Source: Bacillota bacterium
GTDB lineage: Bacteria > Bacillota > Negativicutes > JBAXTZ01
Direction: 5' to 3'
Assembly (NCBI GenBank): GCA_037129925.1
Contig: JBAXTZ010000008.1
Location: 1,772-65,771 of the forward strand
Length of the DNA stretch: 64,000 nucleotides
How positions within the stretch are numbered: the stretch's first letter is position 1; every line of letters begins with the position of its first letter. The notes beneath the pieces are model-generated. The model made no database searches. It worked only from the letters and a program-made list of their open reading frames with translations, and had not been told where the DNA came from. Both the position numbers and the translations under genes were made by a program. Shown piece after piece: positions 54,233 through 64,000 of this stretch.

Positions 54233-55114
54233 TTAATTTTTTCCAATCTTGGTCATGATATATTTTAGAAAATTATCCCGCAAATCTTGACGTTTTAAAG
54301 CAAAATCGACTATTGCTTCCAGATAGCCCTGTTTATCGCCGGTATCGTAGCGTCGTCCTTCAAAATTTAGCGCATAAACCGGTTTTTTTGCCGCCAACTC
54401 CTGCAAGGCATCGGTCAATTGTATTTCGCCATTTTTCCCGGGTGGAGTTTTCTCCAATATTTTAAAAATCTCCGGTTCGATAATGTATCGTCCTAATACT
54501 GCAAGCCTTGACGGCGCGTCTTCCGGCGCTGGTTTTTCAACCATCCCCAGTACCCGTGCTACTCTCTCATTAATTTGTTCGGGTTTTACAATTCCATAAC
54601 AAGAAACTTTTTCCAGCGGTACTTCTTGGCAGCCAAGAATTGAACCACCAAAGTCTTGATAAGCATTAATCAATTGTTTAAGACAGGGTACCTCGCCATC
54701 AATAATATCATCACCTAATAATACCGCAAACGGTTCATCACCAACAAAGTTTTTTGCGCACAAAACCGCGTGACCAAGTCCGCGCGGTTCTTTTTGGCGG
54801 ACAAAATGAATTGTTATTCCAGAAATCTCATTTACCATTTCCAATAAATCGTATTTCCCGGAACGTTTGAGCATTAGTTCCAATTCCAGCGACCGATCAA
54901 AGTGATCTTCGATCGCACGCTTATTGCGACCGGTAATGATCAAAATATCTTCAATCCCGGAGGCGCGGGCTTCTTCGACAATATATTGTATAGCCGGTTT
55001 ATCGACAATCGGCAGCATTTCCTTGGGCTGGGCCTTGGTCGCCGGTAAAAACCTTGTTCCTAAACCGGCTGCCGGAATTACTGCTTTGCGAACTTTTTTA
55101 AAAACTTCGGGCAT
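54233..55114 (-). CDS. galU: UTP--glucose-1-phosphate uridylyltransferase
   Basis: The 293-aa product has KAVIPAAGLGTRFLPATKAQPKEMLPIVDKPAIQY. Confidence 0.9.
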   Translation of the reverse strand: MPEVFKKVRKAVIPAAGLGTRFLPATKAQPKEMLPIVDKPAIQYIVEEARASGIEDILIITGRNKRAIEDHFDRSLELELMLKRSGKYDLLEMVNEISGITIHFVRQKEPRGLGHAVLCAKNFVGDEPFAVLLGDDIIDGEVPCLKQLINAYQDFGGSILGCQEVPLEKVSCYGIVKPEQINERVARVLGMVEKPAPEDAPSRLAVLGRYIIEPEIFKILEKTPPGKNGEIQLTDALQELAAKKPVYALNFEGRRYDTGDKQGYLEAIVDFALKRQDLRDNFLKYIMTKIGKN

Positions 55115-56537
55115 AGCTCACCATTCTTTTTACCAGCGCGGTTGCTTGTTCCATTGACGGCGCATCGGCGTAAACACGCAATACCGGCTCAGTGCCGGAT
55201 GCGCGCACCATCACCCATGAACTATTTTCCAGAAAAAGCTTAACACCATCACTAGTATTATATTTTAAAACTTTCATGCCGTCAACGCTGTCCGGTTTCA
55301 CATTAAGCGTTGTCATCAACTGATCGATTTGCGACCGTTGCAAATGAATGTCCTCGCGATGAAAATAAAAATAGCCAACTTCATTCATTAAATCGTCCAG
55401 TAATTTACCCAGCGGCTTATTATAATGAGCACACATTTCAATTATCAACATACCAAGCAACAATCCGTCGCGTTCGGGAATATAATTTTTTATGCCAATA
55501 CCGCCAGATTCTTCGCCGCCAATTAAAATATCTTCGCTATTCATCAACTCGGCAATATACTTAAACCCGACTGGTGTTTCATATAGTTTGCGATTGAATT
55601 TACTTATTGTTGCATCGAGCAAGCCCGAAACCGTAACTGTTTTGACAATTCCGCCCGTCCAGCCGCGACTTTCTATCAAATACCGAGCCAATAGCGCGAT
55701 AATGTGGTGTGAGGATACGAAACTACCGTCACTACTCATCGCGCCGATGCGATCACCATCGCCATCAGTGGCAAGCGCAAAATCAGCGCCTACGCGTAAC
55801 ACTTCCTCGCGAAGTTTACTCAGATAGCGCTCAATGGGTTCCGGGTTAACTCCGTCAAATCCGGGATTAACAACTCCGCGAAACTCCGACATATTCAAGT
55901 TGTATTCGGTTGCAAAGCGCTTTGCTAAACCTTGAGTCGATCCATGCATCATGTCAAAAACAATTTTCGCCTGATAACCACTGATTGTTTCCGGAATTAA
56001 CATTTCCCGGATGTGCTCCAGATAACTATCCTGCGGCGAAAAGTATTCAACAGTTTCCGGCAGCGTTTCTTTACCAACAATCACGGAGCTTGCTTCCAAG
56101 ATGCGCAATTGTTTCTCTAAATCGTTTATTATTTCTGGAGACGCTGAACCGCCATACCAAGCTTTGAACTTAAACCCGTTATAGACAGGGGGATTATGAC
56201 TGGCAGTGATAACTACTCCGCCGATAGCCTTTCGGTCGACTACCGCCCAGGAAAACGCCGGGGTTGCGCAGAAACTGTCGCTAAACCAAACTTTTATTCC
56301 CTGATTAGCAATTACCGCTGCCGCTTGCTCAGCAAATTCTTTCGACAAAAATCGGGCATCGTAGCCTACACAAATGCCATCTAGCCCTTTTTCTTGATAA
56401 TAGCCGGCATTTTCTTTTGCATACATTGCTACCGCAAGGGCGACCAACCGGACATTATCAAAAGTGAACTCGTCTGCAATCACTGCGCGCCAACCATCAG
56501 TTCCAAATTTTAACATACTTCTCCCATACTTTTGCAT
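55098..56537 (-). CDS. phosphoglucomutase/phosphomannomutase (alpha-D-phosphohexomutase family)
   Basis: The 479-aa product has the active-site Ser loop TASHNPPVYNGFK and the metal loop DGDGDR. Confidence 0.85.
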   Translation of the reverse strand: MQKYGRSMLKFGTDGWRAVIADEFTFDNVRLVALAVAMYAKENAGYYQEKGLDGICVGYDARFLSKEFAEQAAAVIANQGIKVWFSDSFCATPAFSWAVVDRKAIGGVVITASHNPPVYNGFKFKAWYGGSASPEIINDLEKQLRILEASSVIVGKETLPETVEYFSPQDSYLEHIREMLIPETISGYQAKIVFDMMHGSTQGLAKRFATEYNLNMSEFRGVVNPGFDGVNPEPIERYLSKLREEVLRVGADFALATDGDGDRIGAMSSDGSFVSSHHIIALLARYLIESRGWTGGIVKTVTVSGLLDATISKFNRKLYETPVGFKYIAELMNSEDILIGGEESGGIGIKNYIPERDGLLLGMLIIEMCAHYNKPLGKLLDDLMNEVGYFYFHREDIHLQRSQIDQLMTTLNVKPDSVDGMKVLKYNTSDGVKLFLENSSWVMVRASGTEPVLRVYADAPSMEQATALVKRMVSYARSF

Positions 56538-56604
56538 AGCCTCAACAGTATTTGCTGAGTCAGAAAATCATTTTAGTTCTTTTTAACAAAAAAAGCAATC
56601 AGCT

Positions 56605-57480
56605 TTATTTGCCAAACACCCGCTCAGCTATTGCGAGACCAGTCGGTGTGACCGCAAGCCCGCCACGCGCGGTCTCGCGTAGCTCTGACGGCATCGTCGA
56701 GCCTACGGCACCCATGGCATCTATTGTTTCATCCAACGGAATAGTCGAAGTAATACCGGCACGTACCATATCTACCGCCATCAGTGCCATCAACGCTGAC
56801 GCGGCATTACGTTTAACACAAGGCACTTCAACTAGTCCGGCAACCGGGTCGCAAACCAGTCCCAACAAGCTTTTAAAAACTATCGCACCGGCGTCGCTTG
56901 CAGCTTGATAGCTGCATCCAAGCATTGAAGCCAAGGCAACAGCGCTCATTGCCGCTGCCGAACCGCACTCGGCCTGACAGCCGCCTTCGGCGCCGGCGAA
57001 GCAGGCTTTTTTACCAATAATTACTCCTACGGCTCCGGCTACAAAAAGCCCTTCGACTATTTGATCATCAGTTAAAGCAAAACACTCTTTTGCCGCCAAA
57101 AAAATTCCCGGCATTATTCCGCAAGAACCGGCCGTAGGCGATGCAACAATGCGCCCCATGCAGGCATTGGCTTCGTTTGCCGCCAAAGAATAGGCTAGAG
57201 TCTTTCCATAAAAATCATTACACAGCGCCTTGCCATCAGCCATGTATTCTACAAACTGTTTTCCAGCGCCGCCGACCAAACCGCTCAACGATTTTCGTCC
57301 CTGTAGTCCGTCCTGCACCGCCGCCATCATAACTTTGGCTCGCGCTGTCATAATACTCTTTACTTCTTCCTCGGATTTACCCTGTTGATAAGCCTCATAT
57401 TCAATGGCAAGCTTGCCAATCGAGATTCCTTGCTTTTCAGCTTGATCAATAAAGTCTGAATAATTATCAAATTCTCTCAT
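56605..57480 (-). CDS. sdaAA: L-serine dehydratase, iron-sulfur-dependent, alpha subunit
   Basis: The 291-aa product has Gly/Cys-rich motifs typical of SdaAA (GSCGIMPG). It is adjacent to the beta subunit gene. Confidence 0.9.
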   Translation of the reverse strand: MREFDNYSDFIDQAEKQGISIGKLAIEYEAYQQGKSEEEVKSIMTARAKVMMAAVQDGLQGRKSLSGLVGGAGKQFVEYMADGKALCNDFYGKTLAYSLAANEANACMGRIVASPTAGSCGIMPGIFLAAKECFALTDDQIVEGLFVAGAVGVIIGKKACFAGAEGGCQAECGSAAAMSAVALASMLGCSYQAASDAGAIVFKSLLGLVCDPVAGLVEVPCVKRNAASALMALMAVDMVRAGITSTIPLDETIDAMGAVGSTMPSELRETARGGLAVTPTGLAIAERVFGK

Positions 57481-57489
57481 CGCATCTCC

Positions 57490-58161
57490 TTATAATGACG
57501 GCAGAATAAAGCTTTTCTTTACGCCTTCAATACGATTAATAAAATTACACAAATCATCTGGCAGCTGTTGGTCAGTCTCAAAAATCATCATATCTTCACC
57601 GGCAGAGCCTTTGCCTTGCCGGCTTTGCTTCATCAGTGCAATATTAATGGAATATATTGAAAACACCGAGGCTACTTTGGCCAGTATTCCGGGAACATCG
57701 CTACAGATGACAATTATCGAAGGATAGGTACCATCTAGTTGTACCTGATAGTTGCCAATTTCTGTTATCTCGATTGCCCCGCCGCCAATCGAACAGCCAA
57801 CAATATTAGCTTTTTTGCCGCTAATACCAGTCAACTCAAAAACAACGGTGTTGGGATGGGCATTCCTTAAAGTGATCGGTGAAAAACTAAACTCCATACC
57901 GGCCTCTTTGGCATATTGAAAACTATCGCGCAGGCGCTCGTCATCAGCTTCATAGCCCAGCAAACCGGCGATAATCGCCCGGTCAGTGCCGTGGCCACGA
58001 TAAGTATCGCGAAAGCTGCCATGCAATTTCATATTTGCTTGTACTACCGCCTCCCCCAAAATAAGCCGCGCCATTTTCCCTAACCTGGCTGCTCCGGCGG
58101 TATGCGAACTTGAAGGACCAATCATAACCGGTCCAATAATATCCAGAATTTTCATCATCAA
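57490..58161 (-). CDS. sdaAB: L-serine dehydratase, iron-sulfur-dependent, beta subunit (with ACT domain)
   Basis: The 223-aa product has MKILDIIGPVMIGPSSSHTAGAARLG. Confidence 0.9.
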   Translation of the reverse strand: MMMKILDIIGPVMIGPSSSHTAGAARLGKMARLILGEAVVQANMKLHGSFRDTYRGHGTDRAIIAGLLGYEADDERLRDSFQYAKEAGMEFSFSPITLRNAHPNTVVFELTGISGKKANIVGCSIGGGAIEITEIGNYQVQLDGTYPSIIVICSDVPGILAKVASVFSIYSINIALMKQSRQGKGSAGEDMMIFETDQQLPDDLCNFINRIEGVKKSFILPSL

Positions 58162-58174
58162 CCTCCACGCTTGC

Positions 58175-58203
58175 TTTCAAAAACACTGTTCTTCTATTAT
58201 AAT
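58175..58203 (+). promoter_or_regulatory. candidate promoter in the divergent sdaAB/DUF218 intergenic region
   Basis: The -10 TATAAT (58198-58203) has a weak -35 TTTCAA 17 nt upstream. It overlaps the track's ATG at 58202, which argues for the downstream start. Confidence 0.4.
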
Positions 58204-58234
58204 GGAATTTACTATTTCACAAAAGGAAAATATT

Positions 58235-58807
58235 ATGAATTCACCAATACAATTATTTACCGATTTTGTCTTTATTGAAACGAAGCTCAAAAAAGCCGAT
58301 GCCATTTTCATTCCTGGCAGCCATCATCCGCAACTGGCAGTTCGCGCGGCAGAATTATTTCATGCCGGCTATGCTCCGTTAATAATCCCATCCGGTGGCG
58401 CTAATCATCGTCTGCCCGACGGCATCGCCGAAGCGCTGTGGCTGAAAAACCTGTTAATTGAACTTGCCGTTCCTGAATCGGCGATCATCACCGAACCGCT
58501 GGCGCGCAACACTTTCAACAATGCCGATTTTACTATGGCGCTCATTGAAAAACTGCAGTTGAACATCAATTCCGCAATAATAGTCGCTAAAGGTTTTCAT
58601 TCCCGCCGCTGTCTGCTCACCTACCAGACAGCTTTCGCAAAAGAGTTTTCTTTTTTTGTCACCTTGGTTCCAGATAGCAACAATAACACTAAATCCAATT
58701 GGTATCGCTCAGCAAGTGGAATTAATACCGTAATGGACGAGATTCGAAAAATCGGACAATACTTTGCCGAAGAAATTCCGGAATTCGCAGAAAAGTGGGT
58801 GGTTTGA
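58235..58807 (+). CDS. DUF218 (YdcF/ElyC-like) domain protein
   Basis: Start taken at the ATG at 58235 (MNSPIQLF) with the RBS AAAGGAAAA. The track start at 58202 sits inside the putative -10. The product, about 190 aa, has ADAIFIPGSHH...LIIPSGGANH, typical of DUF218. Confidence 0.65.
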   Translation: MNSPIQLFTDFVFIETKLKKADAIFIPGSHHPQLAVRAAELFHAGYAPLIIPSGGANHRLPDGIAEALWLKNLLIELAVPESAIITEPLARNTFNNADFTMALIEKLQLNINSAIIVAKGFHSRRCLLTYQTAFAKEFSFFVTLVPDSNNNTKSNWYRSASGINTVMDEIRKIGQYFAEEIPEFAEKWVV

Positions 58808-58808
58808 T

Positions 58809-59579
58809 TTGGAATTAAAGGACTATTTGGCACGAATTTGGCGGGCGGTAATCGAATTTGATTTACTTACTGAAAACGATTCGATTTTGATCGGCTTGTC
58901 CGGCGGAAAAGATAGCTTATTTATGACTTATGCACTGCGCGAAATTCAAAAATACGCGCCATTTAATTTCCGATTGGGCGTGTACACCATGGACGGAATG
59001 TTTTCCGATAATTTTCCGATTGAGAGTTTGTCCGAATTTTGCTCAACCCTAAATTTACCGTTTCATAGTGAGCAAGTAAATATTAAAGGCATAATCGAAA
59101 ACCAAAATGGCAAAGATCCCTGTTATTCTTGTGCTTTTTTTCGCCGGGGCGCGATAAATAACTATGCTAAAGTTAACGGTTACAATAAAGTAGCCTATGC
59201 GCACCACAATGACGATTTCGTCGAAACTTTTTTGATGAACATCCTTCAATCCGGTCAGCTGGGTACTTTTCAGCCGAAAACTTATCTCGACCGGACGGGA
59301 ATTACGGTAATCAGGCCGCTATGCTATCTGCGCGAACACGAGCTGGTAAACACCCACCGCATAACCGGAATTTCGCCAATAAAAAATCCCTGTCCGTTTG
59401 ATGGTAAAACCAAACGGCAGGAGACAAAAGAACTTATTAGATTATTGGAGCAAACAAACAGCGATTTGTATTCACATATTAGTTCGGCGATGCGCCATGA
59501 TAAACCGCCACAACTGTGGCCGCCGGCATTCTCCAAAGATAAATCTCGCGAACTGTTTTGCAGGTTTTGGAGAAAATAG
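58809..59579 (+). CDS. PP-loop ATPase of the TtcA/TilS-like tRNA-modification superfamily
   Basis: The product has the PP-loop LIGLSGGKDSLFM and a CxxC pair (CYSC). There is no in-frame ATG upstream of the PP-loop. A TTG at 58809, with the RBS AAGTGGGTGG 7 nt upstream, is coupled to the preceding stop (TGATTTG). The track start at 58764 is also TTG. Confidence 0.6.
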   Translation: MELKDYLARIWRAVIEFDLLTENDSILIGLSGGKDSLFMTYALREIQKYAPFNFRLGVYTMDGMFSDNFPIESLSEFCSTLNLPFHSEQVNIKGIIENQNGKDPCYSCAFFRRGAINNYAKVNGYNKVAYAHHNDDFVETFLMNILQSGQLGTFQPKTYLDRTGITVIRPLCYLREHELVNTHRITGISPIKNPCPFDGKTKRQETKELIRLLEQTNSDLYSHISSAMRHDKPPQLWPPAFSKDKSRELFCRFWRK

Positions 59580-59589
59580 TATGCTATTT

Positions 59590-60846
59590 TTAATACAAAC
59601 GTTTCAGACTGCTTCCGCTATAGTAATGCTGTAGAATCTCCGGGTATTTAGCCGCCATTCCACCGTCTTTTTTCGCCTCGGCCATTTGCTTGGCTCCCCA
59701 TTGCGACATGCCAATACCGTGCCCCCAGCCTCGGCCGTTAAAAATAATCTTTCCGGCGGAAATCTTGATTTCAAACAGTGTGCTCCGCAAATCAAACATT
59801 CGGCGCATTTCGCTACCGGATAATTCAACGGTGTTGTCATGCCCGATTATCGCTAATAGCTTAACACGTCCGCTCGTACTCCGGTCACCAGAATAATTAT
59901 CTCTGGAAGCATCGTTTAGTGGCGACAACAATACTTCCTCAACTGCGCCGCATTTTATGCCGTTTTTCAACAATGCTGTATCAAAATCAACCAGGGCGAT
60001 CTGCTTTTCCCAACGGAAATATGGTGATTGCTCATCGTAATCGACCACCGATTGCAAATATGAACAATTGTTCCCCCACACTTCATAAGACGAAGCCGTC
60101 CGACCGCCGCTACTGGCCATAAATAATGTTTGGGCTACTTTACCGGCTGCAACCACAATTATTCCTCGGGTATCGTCTACCGCTTTACGTCCTTTGCTAT
60201 CCTCGACGACTTTCCCCAGATAGACTTGGTCGCTGGTATCTGAAAGCATATCGAAACTCGGGTATTTTTTTTTGGCGGTCAAGTTGAAAACGGCGAAGGA
60301 GCGCGCGGCAATCGCCTGAGCTTTGACGGCCTCCAGCGGCCAAGCGGTCGAAATTTCCGAACCAATAACACTATATAGGTATTTTTCCAATGAGACAATG
60401 TTAATAAGATTTAGCGATTTATTATCTTTACCACTACAGTCAACGATGAAATCACCGCGAAATTTATGTTTGTCAAAGACCAAAGCCGTCGTTGAATCAT
60501 CGGCTTTTGTAGAAACCAGCAGACTGGGTGAGTATTTTTTTCCATTACAAACTAGCATGGAATCGCTACTAACCAAAGTTACTTTTTCATTTGCCGAAAA
60601 TTTTGCCAAGATTTTTTTTCCCGATGAATCCAACAAATAAAATGGCGCATCAGCTGAAAGTTCCAATGATGATTTTTCGATAGCTAATCCAATTTTCACT
60701 GTTGTCGTTGCATTCGGCAGAGCAGTCGTAGCTGTCAATGGTTTAGTTGCATCGCTGGAAAAAAAGCCGGCTTGCGCCGCAAGCGAATGGCAAGTGATAA
60801 TTATTATCGCTATTAAAACTCTGCCCAAAACGAATTTTTTTTTCAC
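59590..60846 (-). CDS. SpoIID/LytB-family peptidoglycan-remodelling protein
   Basis: The 418-aa product has a signal peptide and the SpoIID domain signatures (EAVKAQAIAARSFAV, SSGGRTAS). Confidence 0.8.
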   Translation of the reverse strand: MKKKFVLGRVLIAIIIITCHSLAAQAGFFSSDATKPLTATTALPNATTTVKIGLAIEKSSLELSADAPFYLLDSSGKKILAKFSANEKVTLVSSDSMLVCNGKKYSPSLLVSTKADDSTTALVFDKHKFRGDFIVDCSGKDNKSLNLINIVSLEKYLYSVIGSEISTAWPLEAVKAQAIAARSFAVFNLTAKKKYPSFDMLSDTSDQVYLGKVVEDSKGRKAVDDTRGIIVVAAGKVAQTLFMASSGGRTASSYEVWGNNCSYLQSVVDYDEQSPYFRWEKQIALVDFDTALLKNGIKCGAVEEVLLSPLNDASRDNYSGDRSTSGRVKLLAIIGHDNTVELSGSEMRRMFDLRSTLFEIKISAGKIIFNGRGWGHGIGMSQWGAKQMAEAKKDGGMAAKYPEILQHYYSGSSLKRLY

Positions 60847-60858
60847 AATTACCTCAGG

Positions 60859-61398
60859 TTATTTCGGACAATAACGTTCTTTCTCGCTATATATGCAGCC
60901 ACAATATGGTTGACGATAATAACCGCGCTCGCGGCAAATCGTAACACTTTCTTTCCAACCACTACGAAAGTCTTCATAAAAAAATATTGGTCCGACAGCT
61001 TTAGCTGCCTGTTGCGCCTTCACAACCAACAAATCATGTTTCTGATATGGACTGACCAATAAAGTGGTGGTGAATTGCTCAAACGAATTTCTTTCGGCAT
61101 ATTCTACAGTCTTTTCCAGCCGCGACGCGTAACAATATTCGCAACGTTCGCGATAGTTAATGGCAACATTTCGTAAAAACTCTTCCAATTCATAGCCGCC
61201 ACCGACCATCAAGTCCAAGTTTTCATCAATTGCGAACTGCTGCGCGGTCTCCAGCCGGCGCTGATACTCCTTGAATGGATGAATATTGTGATTATAAAAG
61301 AAACCGGTCACCGTAAAGCCAAGCTCGCGCAACCGCTGAAGCGGATATATCGCGCATGGTCCACAACAAATATGTAAGAGGATTTTTTTATCTGCCAT
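60859..61398 (-). CDS. queH: epoxyqueuosine reductase QueH (DUF208)
   Basis: The 179-aa product has the motif HICCGPC near the N-terminus and a C-terminal CGC. Confidence 0.85.
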   Translation of the reverse strand: MADKKILLHICCGPCAIYPLQRLRELGFTVTGFFYNHNIHPFKEYQRRLETAQQFAIDENLDLMVGGGYELEEFLRNVAINYRERCEYCYASRLEKTVEYAERNSFEQFTTTLLVSPYQKHDLLVVKAQQAAKAVGPIFFYEDFRSGWKESVTICRERGYYRQPYCGCIYSEKERYCPK

Positions 61399-62171
61399 TA
61401 CTGCTCGCGGACACCGGCAGATATTTCCTGGGTGCGAGCCAACATTTCGTCGGCCATTTTATTAAATATATCACTGTTTTTTTCCAAATACTGAACTCCG
61501 ACCTCAGTAATTCCACCTGGTGTGCAAACCTGCCTGATAATGTCATAGCGTTCAGTTCGCAAAATCGGCACTAAGTGCTCAATCATATCTAACGCCGTAT
61601 CAAGTGCTTTTTCACTTTCCAGTCCGGAATTCGCGCAAAAGCTCTCAACGTATTGCTTGATAAATTCTGCAAACACTGCTGGCGAGCAACTCATCACACA
61701 CATATAAGCGTCCATTTCGCGCTCAGTTATTGAATATGGTTTTCCGACTAACGCCAATAATTCTTGTACAATATTCTCTTGATCATCGCTTGCAAATTTT
61801 CCCCGGACGACCATGATTGGGCCACCGGTTTTATTAACCATCGAAGGCATAATTCTAAATAATGCTATTTTATCTACTACTTCATAGTAGCTTTGCTGTT
61901 CAACTGCCGCGACCGTGCTGATAACTATTTTGCCTGTGCAGCGCAACTGCCTGAGTACTGATTTTACTCCGTTGGGTTTCACCGCCAAAAAAACAATGTC
62001 CGCTTCGCTACTAATAGCTTCTGCCGATTCAGACTGCGTATAACCGTTCAACAGACATATTTCCGTGAGCTTTATCGCATCCGCATCATAAGCCAAAATG
62101 TCGTGAGTTTGGCTCAAGCGTTTTGCATACATCGCGCCGACATTTCCCATTCCAATAATCCCGATTTTCAT
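61398..62171 (-). CDS. proC: pyrroline-5-carboxylate reductase
   Basis: The product has the Rossmann motif MKIGIIGMGNVG from the ATG at 62171. Its stop overlaps the queH start (TAATG). Confidence 0.85.
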   Translation of the reverse strand: MKIGIIGMGNVGAMYAKRLSQTHDILAYDADAIKLTEICLLNGYTQSESAEAISSEADIVFLAVKPNGVKSVLRQLRCTGKIVISTVAAVEQQSYYEVVDKIALFRIMPSMVNKTGGPIMVVRGKFASDDQENIVQELLALVGKPYSITEREMDAYMCVMSCSPAVFAEFIKQYVESFCANSGLESEKALDTALDMIEHLVPILRTERYDIIRQVCTPGGITEVGVQYLEKNSDIFNKMADEMLARTQEISAGVREQ

Positions 62172-62193
62172 TAACACCTTCCTGAATATTCTA

Positions 62194-63225
62194 TTATTCG
62201 CCAAATAGTGGCGGTTGTTCGCGCTGTTCAACAGTTTTTTTGTTCAATCCGAAATGCTCATAAGCTGCGCGATTGACAACCCGTCCGCGCGGAGTGCGCT
62301 GAATAAAGCCCAGTTGCATCAAAAACGGTTCGAGTACATCTTCAACAGTTTCGGTTTCCTCACTGATGCATGCCGAAATTGTATCTAATCCGACCGGTCC
62401 GCCATCGAATCGCTCGATTATCATTGTCAGTAACCGGCGATCGGTGCGATCTAAGCCCAGTTTATCAACCTCTAATAACTCCAATGCTAAATCAGCAATA
62501 TTTTCAGTAATAACTCCTTGCCCTTCAACCTGGGCGAAATCACGTACTCGCTTTAACAACCGATTGGCGATTCGCGGTGTCCCGCGCGAGCGACGAGCAA
62601 TTTCCTCGGCGCCACGCTGTTCGAGCGCAATTTTCAATACAGCTGCAGAACGATTAATAATATGCAACAATTCATCCGTTTTGTAATATTCTAGTCGTGA
62701 TACAATTCCAAATCGGTCCCGCAATGGCGCTGCCAGCGAACCGGCGCGAGTTGTAGCGCCAACCAGTGTAAACGGTGATAAATCAATCCGAACAGTACGC
62801 GCGCTCGGTCCCTTACCGATAATAATGTCTAAAGCGAAATCCTCCATTGCTGAATAGAGAACTTCTTCTACAGTCCGGCTCAACCGATGAATTTCATCGA
62901 TAAACAATACATCTTTATCGGACAAATTCGTCAGAATTGCCGCTAGATCACCCGGGCGCTCGATTGCCGGTCCGGACGTAATGCGTAAATTAACACCCAT
63001 CTCATTGGCAATAATTGTTGCAAGGGTGGTCTTCCCCAGCCCTGGTGGGCCGTACAACAACACATGGTCCAGTGTCTCCGCGCGATTTAAGGCGGCTTTT
63101 ATAAATATCCCCAGGTTTTTTTTGACTTGCTCTTGTCCAATATATTCTGCCAGTTTTTTTGGACGCAAAGAATATTGCCAATTGTCATCAGCTAATTCCT
63201 GTCCAACAATAACTCTATCTTCCAT
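62194..63225 (-). CDS. ruvB: Holliday junction branch migration ATPase RuvB
   Basis: The 343-aa product has Walker A (GPPGLGKTT) and sensor motifs. Confidence 0.95.
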   Translation of the reverse strand: MEDRVIVGQELADDNWQYSLRPKKLAEYIGQEQVKKNLGIFIKAALNRAETLDHVLLYGPPGLGKTTLATIIANEMGVNLRITSGPAIERPGDLAAILTNLSDKDVLFIDEIHRLSRTVEEVLYSAMEDFALDIIIGKGPSARTVRIDLSPFTLVGATTRAGSLAAPLRDRFGIVSRLEYYKTDELLHIINRSAAVLKIALEQRGAEEIARRSRGTPRIANRLLKRVRDFAQVEGQGVITENIADLALELLEVDKLGLDRTDRRLLTMIIERFDGGPVGLDTISACISEETETVEDVLEPFLMQLGFIQRTPRGRVVNRAAYEHFGLNKKTVEQREQPPLFGE

Positions 63226-63234
63226 ACTTACGCC

Positions 63235-63831
63235 CTATTTCATAAACTCTTTTAACGCCAATTTTATCAAATCAGCTGTTTTCAAGGTCGGATCCAGTTT
63301 TCGCAATACCAGATTAACTTCATTACGGTTATACCCCAATGACATTAGCGCTTGTACAGCATCGCTCATTTCCGTCGTTTCACCTTGTAAATCGCCAAAA
63401 TATTGACTGCTAGAACCGCAACTACCAGCAATTATCCCAACTTTATCTTTTAATTCCACAATCATCCGTTCGGCAGTTTTTTTGCCGACACCGGATATCT
63501 TGGTAAGAGTCGATAAATTTTGTTGGGCTATGGCCGAACGAAACTCCCCGGGCCCGATCGCCGATAATACCGATAACGCTAATTTTGGACCAACACCATT
63601 GACGTTCAATAGCAAAATATATAAATCATATTCTTCTTTACTAAAAAATCCAAATAGCAACATCGCATCTTCACGCACCTGAAGATAGGTAAATAATTTT
63701 ATTACAGAGCCGACTACCAGTTTTCCCCGCGTCGATTCCGGGATAAATACCCGGTAACCCACACCGTTGCAATCCAAAAAACAATAATCAGCGCTGACGC
63801 TATCAACTGCTCCGCGCAAAAAACCAATCAT
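63235..63831 (-). CDS. ruvA: Holliday junction DNA-binding protein RuvA
   Basis: Start taken at the ATG at 63831 (MIGFLRG) with the RBS AAGGGGGA. The product has HhH motifs (GVGPKLA, GVGKKTAERM). Confidence 0.9.
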   Translation of the reverse strand: MIGFLRGAVDSVSADYCFLDCNGVGYRVFIPESTRGKLVVGSVIKLFTYLQVREDAMLLFGFFSKEEYDLYILLLNVNGVGPKLALSVLSAIGPGEFRSAIAQQNLSTLTKISGVGKKTAERMIVELKDKVGIIAGSCGSSSQYFGDLQGETTEMSDAVQALMSLGYNRNEVNLVLRKLDPTLKTADLIKLALKEFMK

Positions 63832-63841
63832 TTGTCCCCCT

Positions 63842-64000
63842 TTAGCGCCAACTAGCGCTGTTGGCCGAGCTGTGAATAGCGCATACCGCAATAGCCAGCG
63901 CATCAGTAACATCATCCGGTTTGGGTTGCTCTTTAATTCCCAGTAATCGCATGATCATAAAAGCCACTTGCTGTTTGTCAGCTTGCCCATATCCAACAAC
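63842..64000 (-). CDS. ruvC: crossover junction endodeoxyribonuclease RuvC, C-terminal fragment (N-terminus beyond window end)
   Basis: My reverse translation reads ...[45 protein letters not shown], then a stop at 63842. The ORF is open at the window edge. Confidence 0.85.
   Translation of the reverse strand, partial: VVGYGQADKQQVAFMIMRLLGIKEQPKPDDVTDALAIAVCAIHSSANSASWR

Noticed and set aside
56538-56604. Possible terminator between sdaAA and pgm
   Set aside because: It has only a 4-bp stem (AAGCtgattGCTT) before a T-run. That is too weak to call.
59580-59592. Convergent junction between the ttcA-like gene and the SpoIID-like gene with no terminator
   Set aside because: The stops are only 10 nt apart and no hairpin is visible. 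I recorded it as an oddity, but there is insufficient sequence for any structured element.

Overview
This 64 kb window is a chromosomal, mostly housekeeping region. About 70 genes are co-directional on the minus strand, with three plus-strand exceptions (one HD-GYP gene at 49.2 kb and a DUF218/TtcA-like pair at 58.2 kb). The gene content points to a diderm (outer-membrane-bearing) Firmicute of the Negativicutes type.

The main landmarks are:
- a complete F1Fo ATP synthase operon (atpZ-atpI-atpBEFHAGDC)
- the t6A machinery (tsaD-rimI-tsaB-tsaE)
- an outer-membrane biogenesis supercluster, mlaE-mlaF-mlaD(extended)-tolC-tamB-bamA-amidase, 4.7-17.0 kb
- pyrG-rpoE(delta), argS, murA, ruvCAB, proC and queH
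- a UDP-glucose supply cluster, pgm-galU-pgi
- serine dehydratase sdaAA/sdaAB
- mreB, an LCP protein, SpoIID-like and SpoIVB-like envelope proteins

The best candidates for undescribed biology are:
- a tandem pair of stand-alone CHASE4-like periplasmic sensor proteins with no output domain (34.8-36.6 kb)
- a roughly 240-nt structured leader or ncRNA, driven by a consensus TTGCAT-17-TATAAT promoter, upstream of a small double zinc-ribbon protein and divergent from a stand-alone HD-GYP gene (48.5-49.9 kb)
- an 800-aa secreted protein of unknown function (27.1-29.5 kb)
- an MlaD homolog with a roughly 300-aa C-terminal extension, sitting in a lipid-transport/TamB/BamA array (14.2-15.5 kb)
- an S55 peptidase / small beta-barrel protein / NAGPA glycosidase trio (17.1-20.7 kb)

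I saw no CRISPR arrays, transposases, integrases, tRNA or rRNA genes. Every identification comes from reading translated ORFs and motifs by eye. I could not run any database search.
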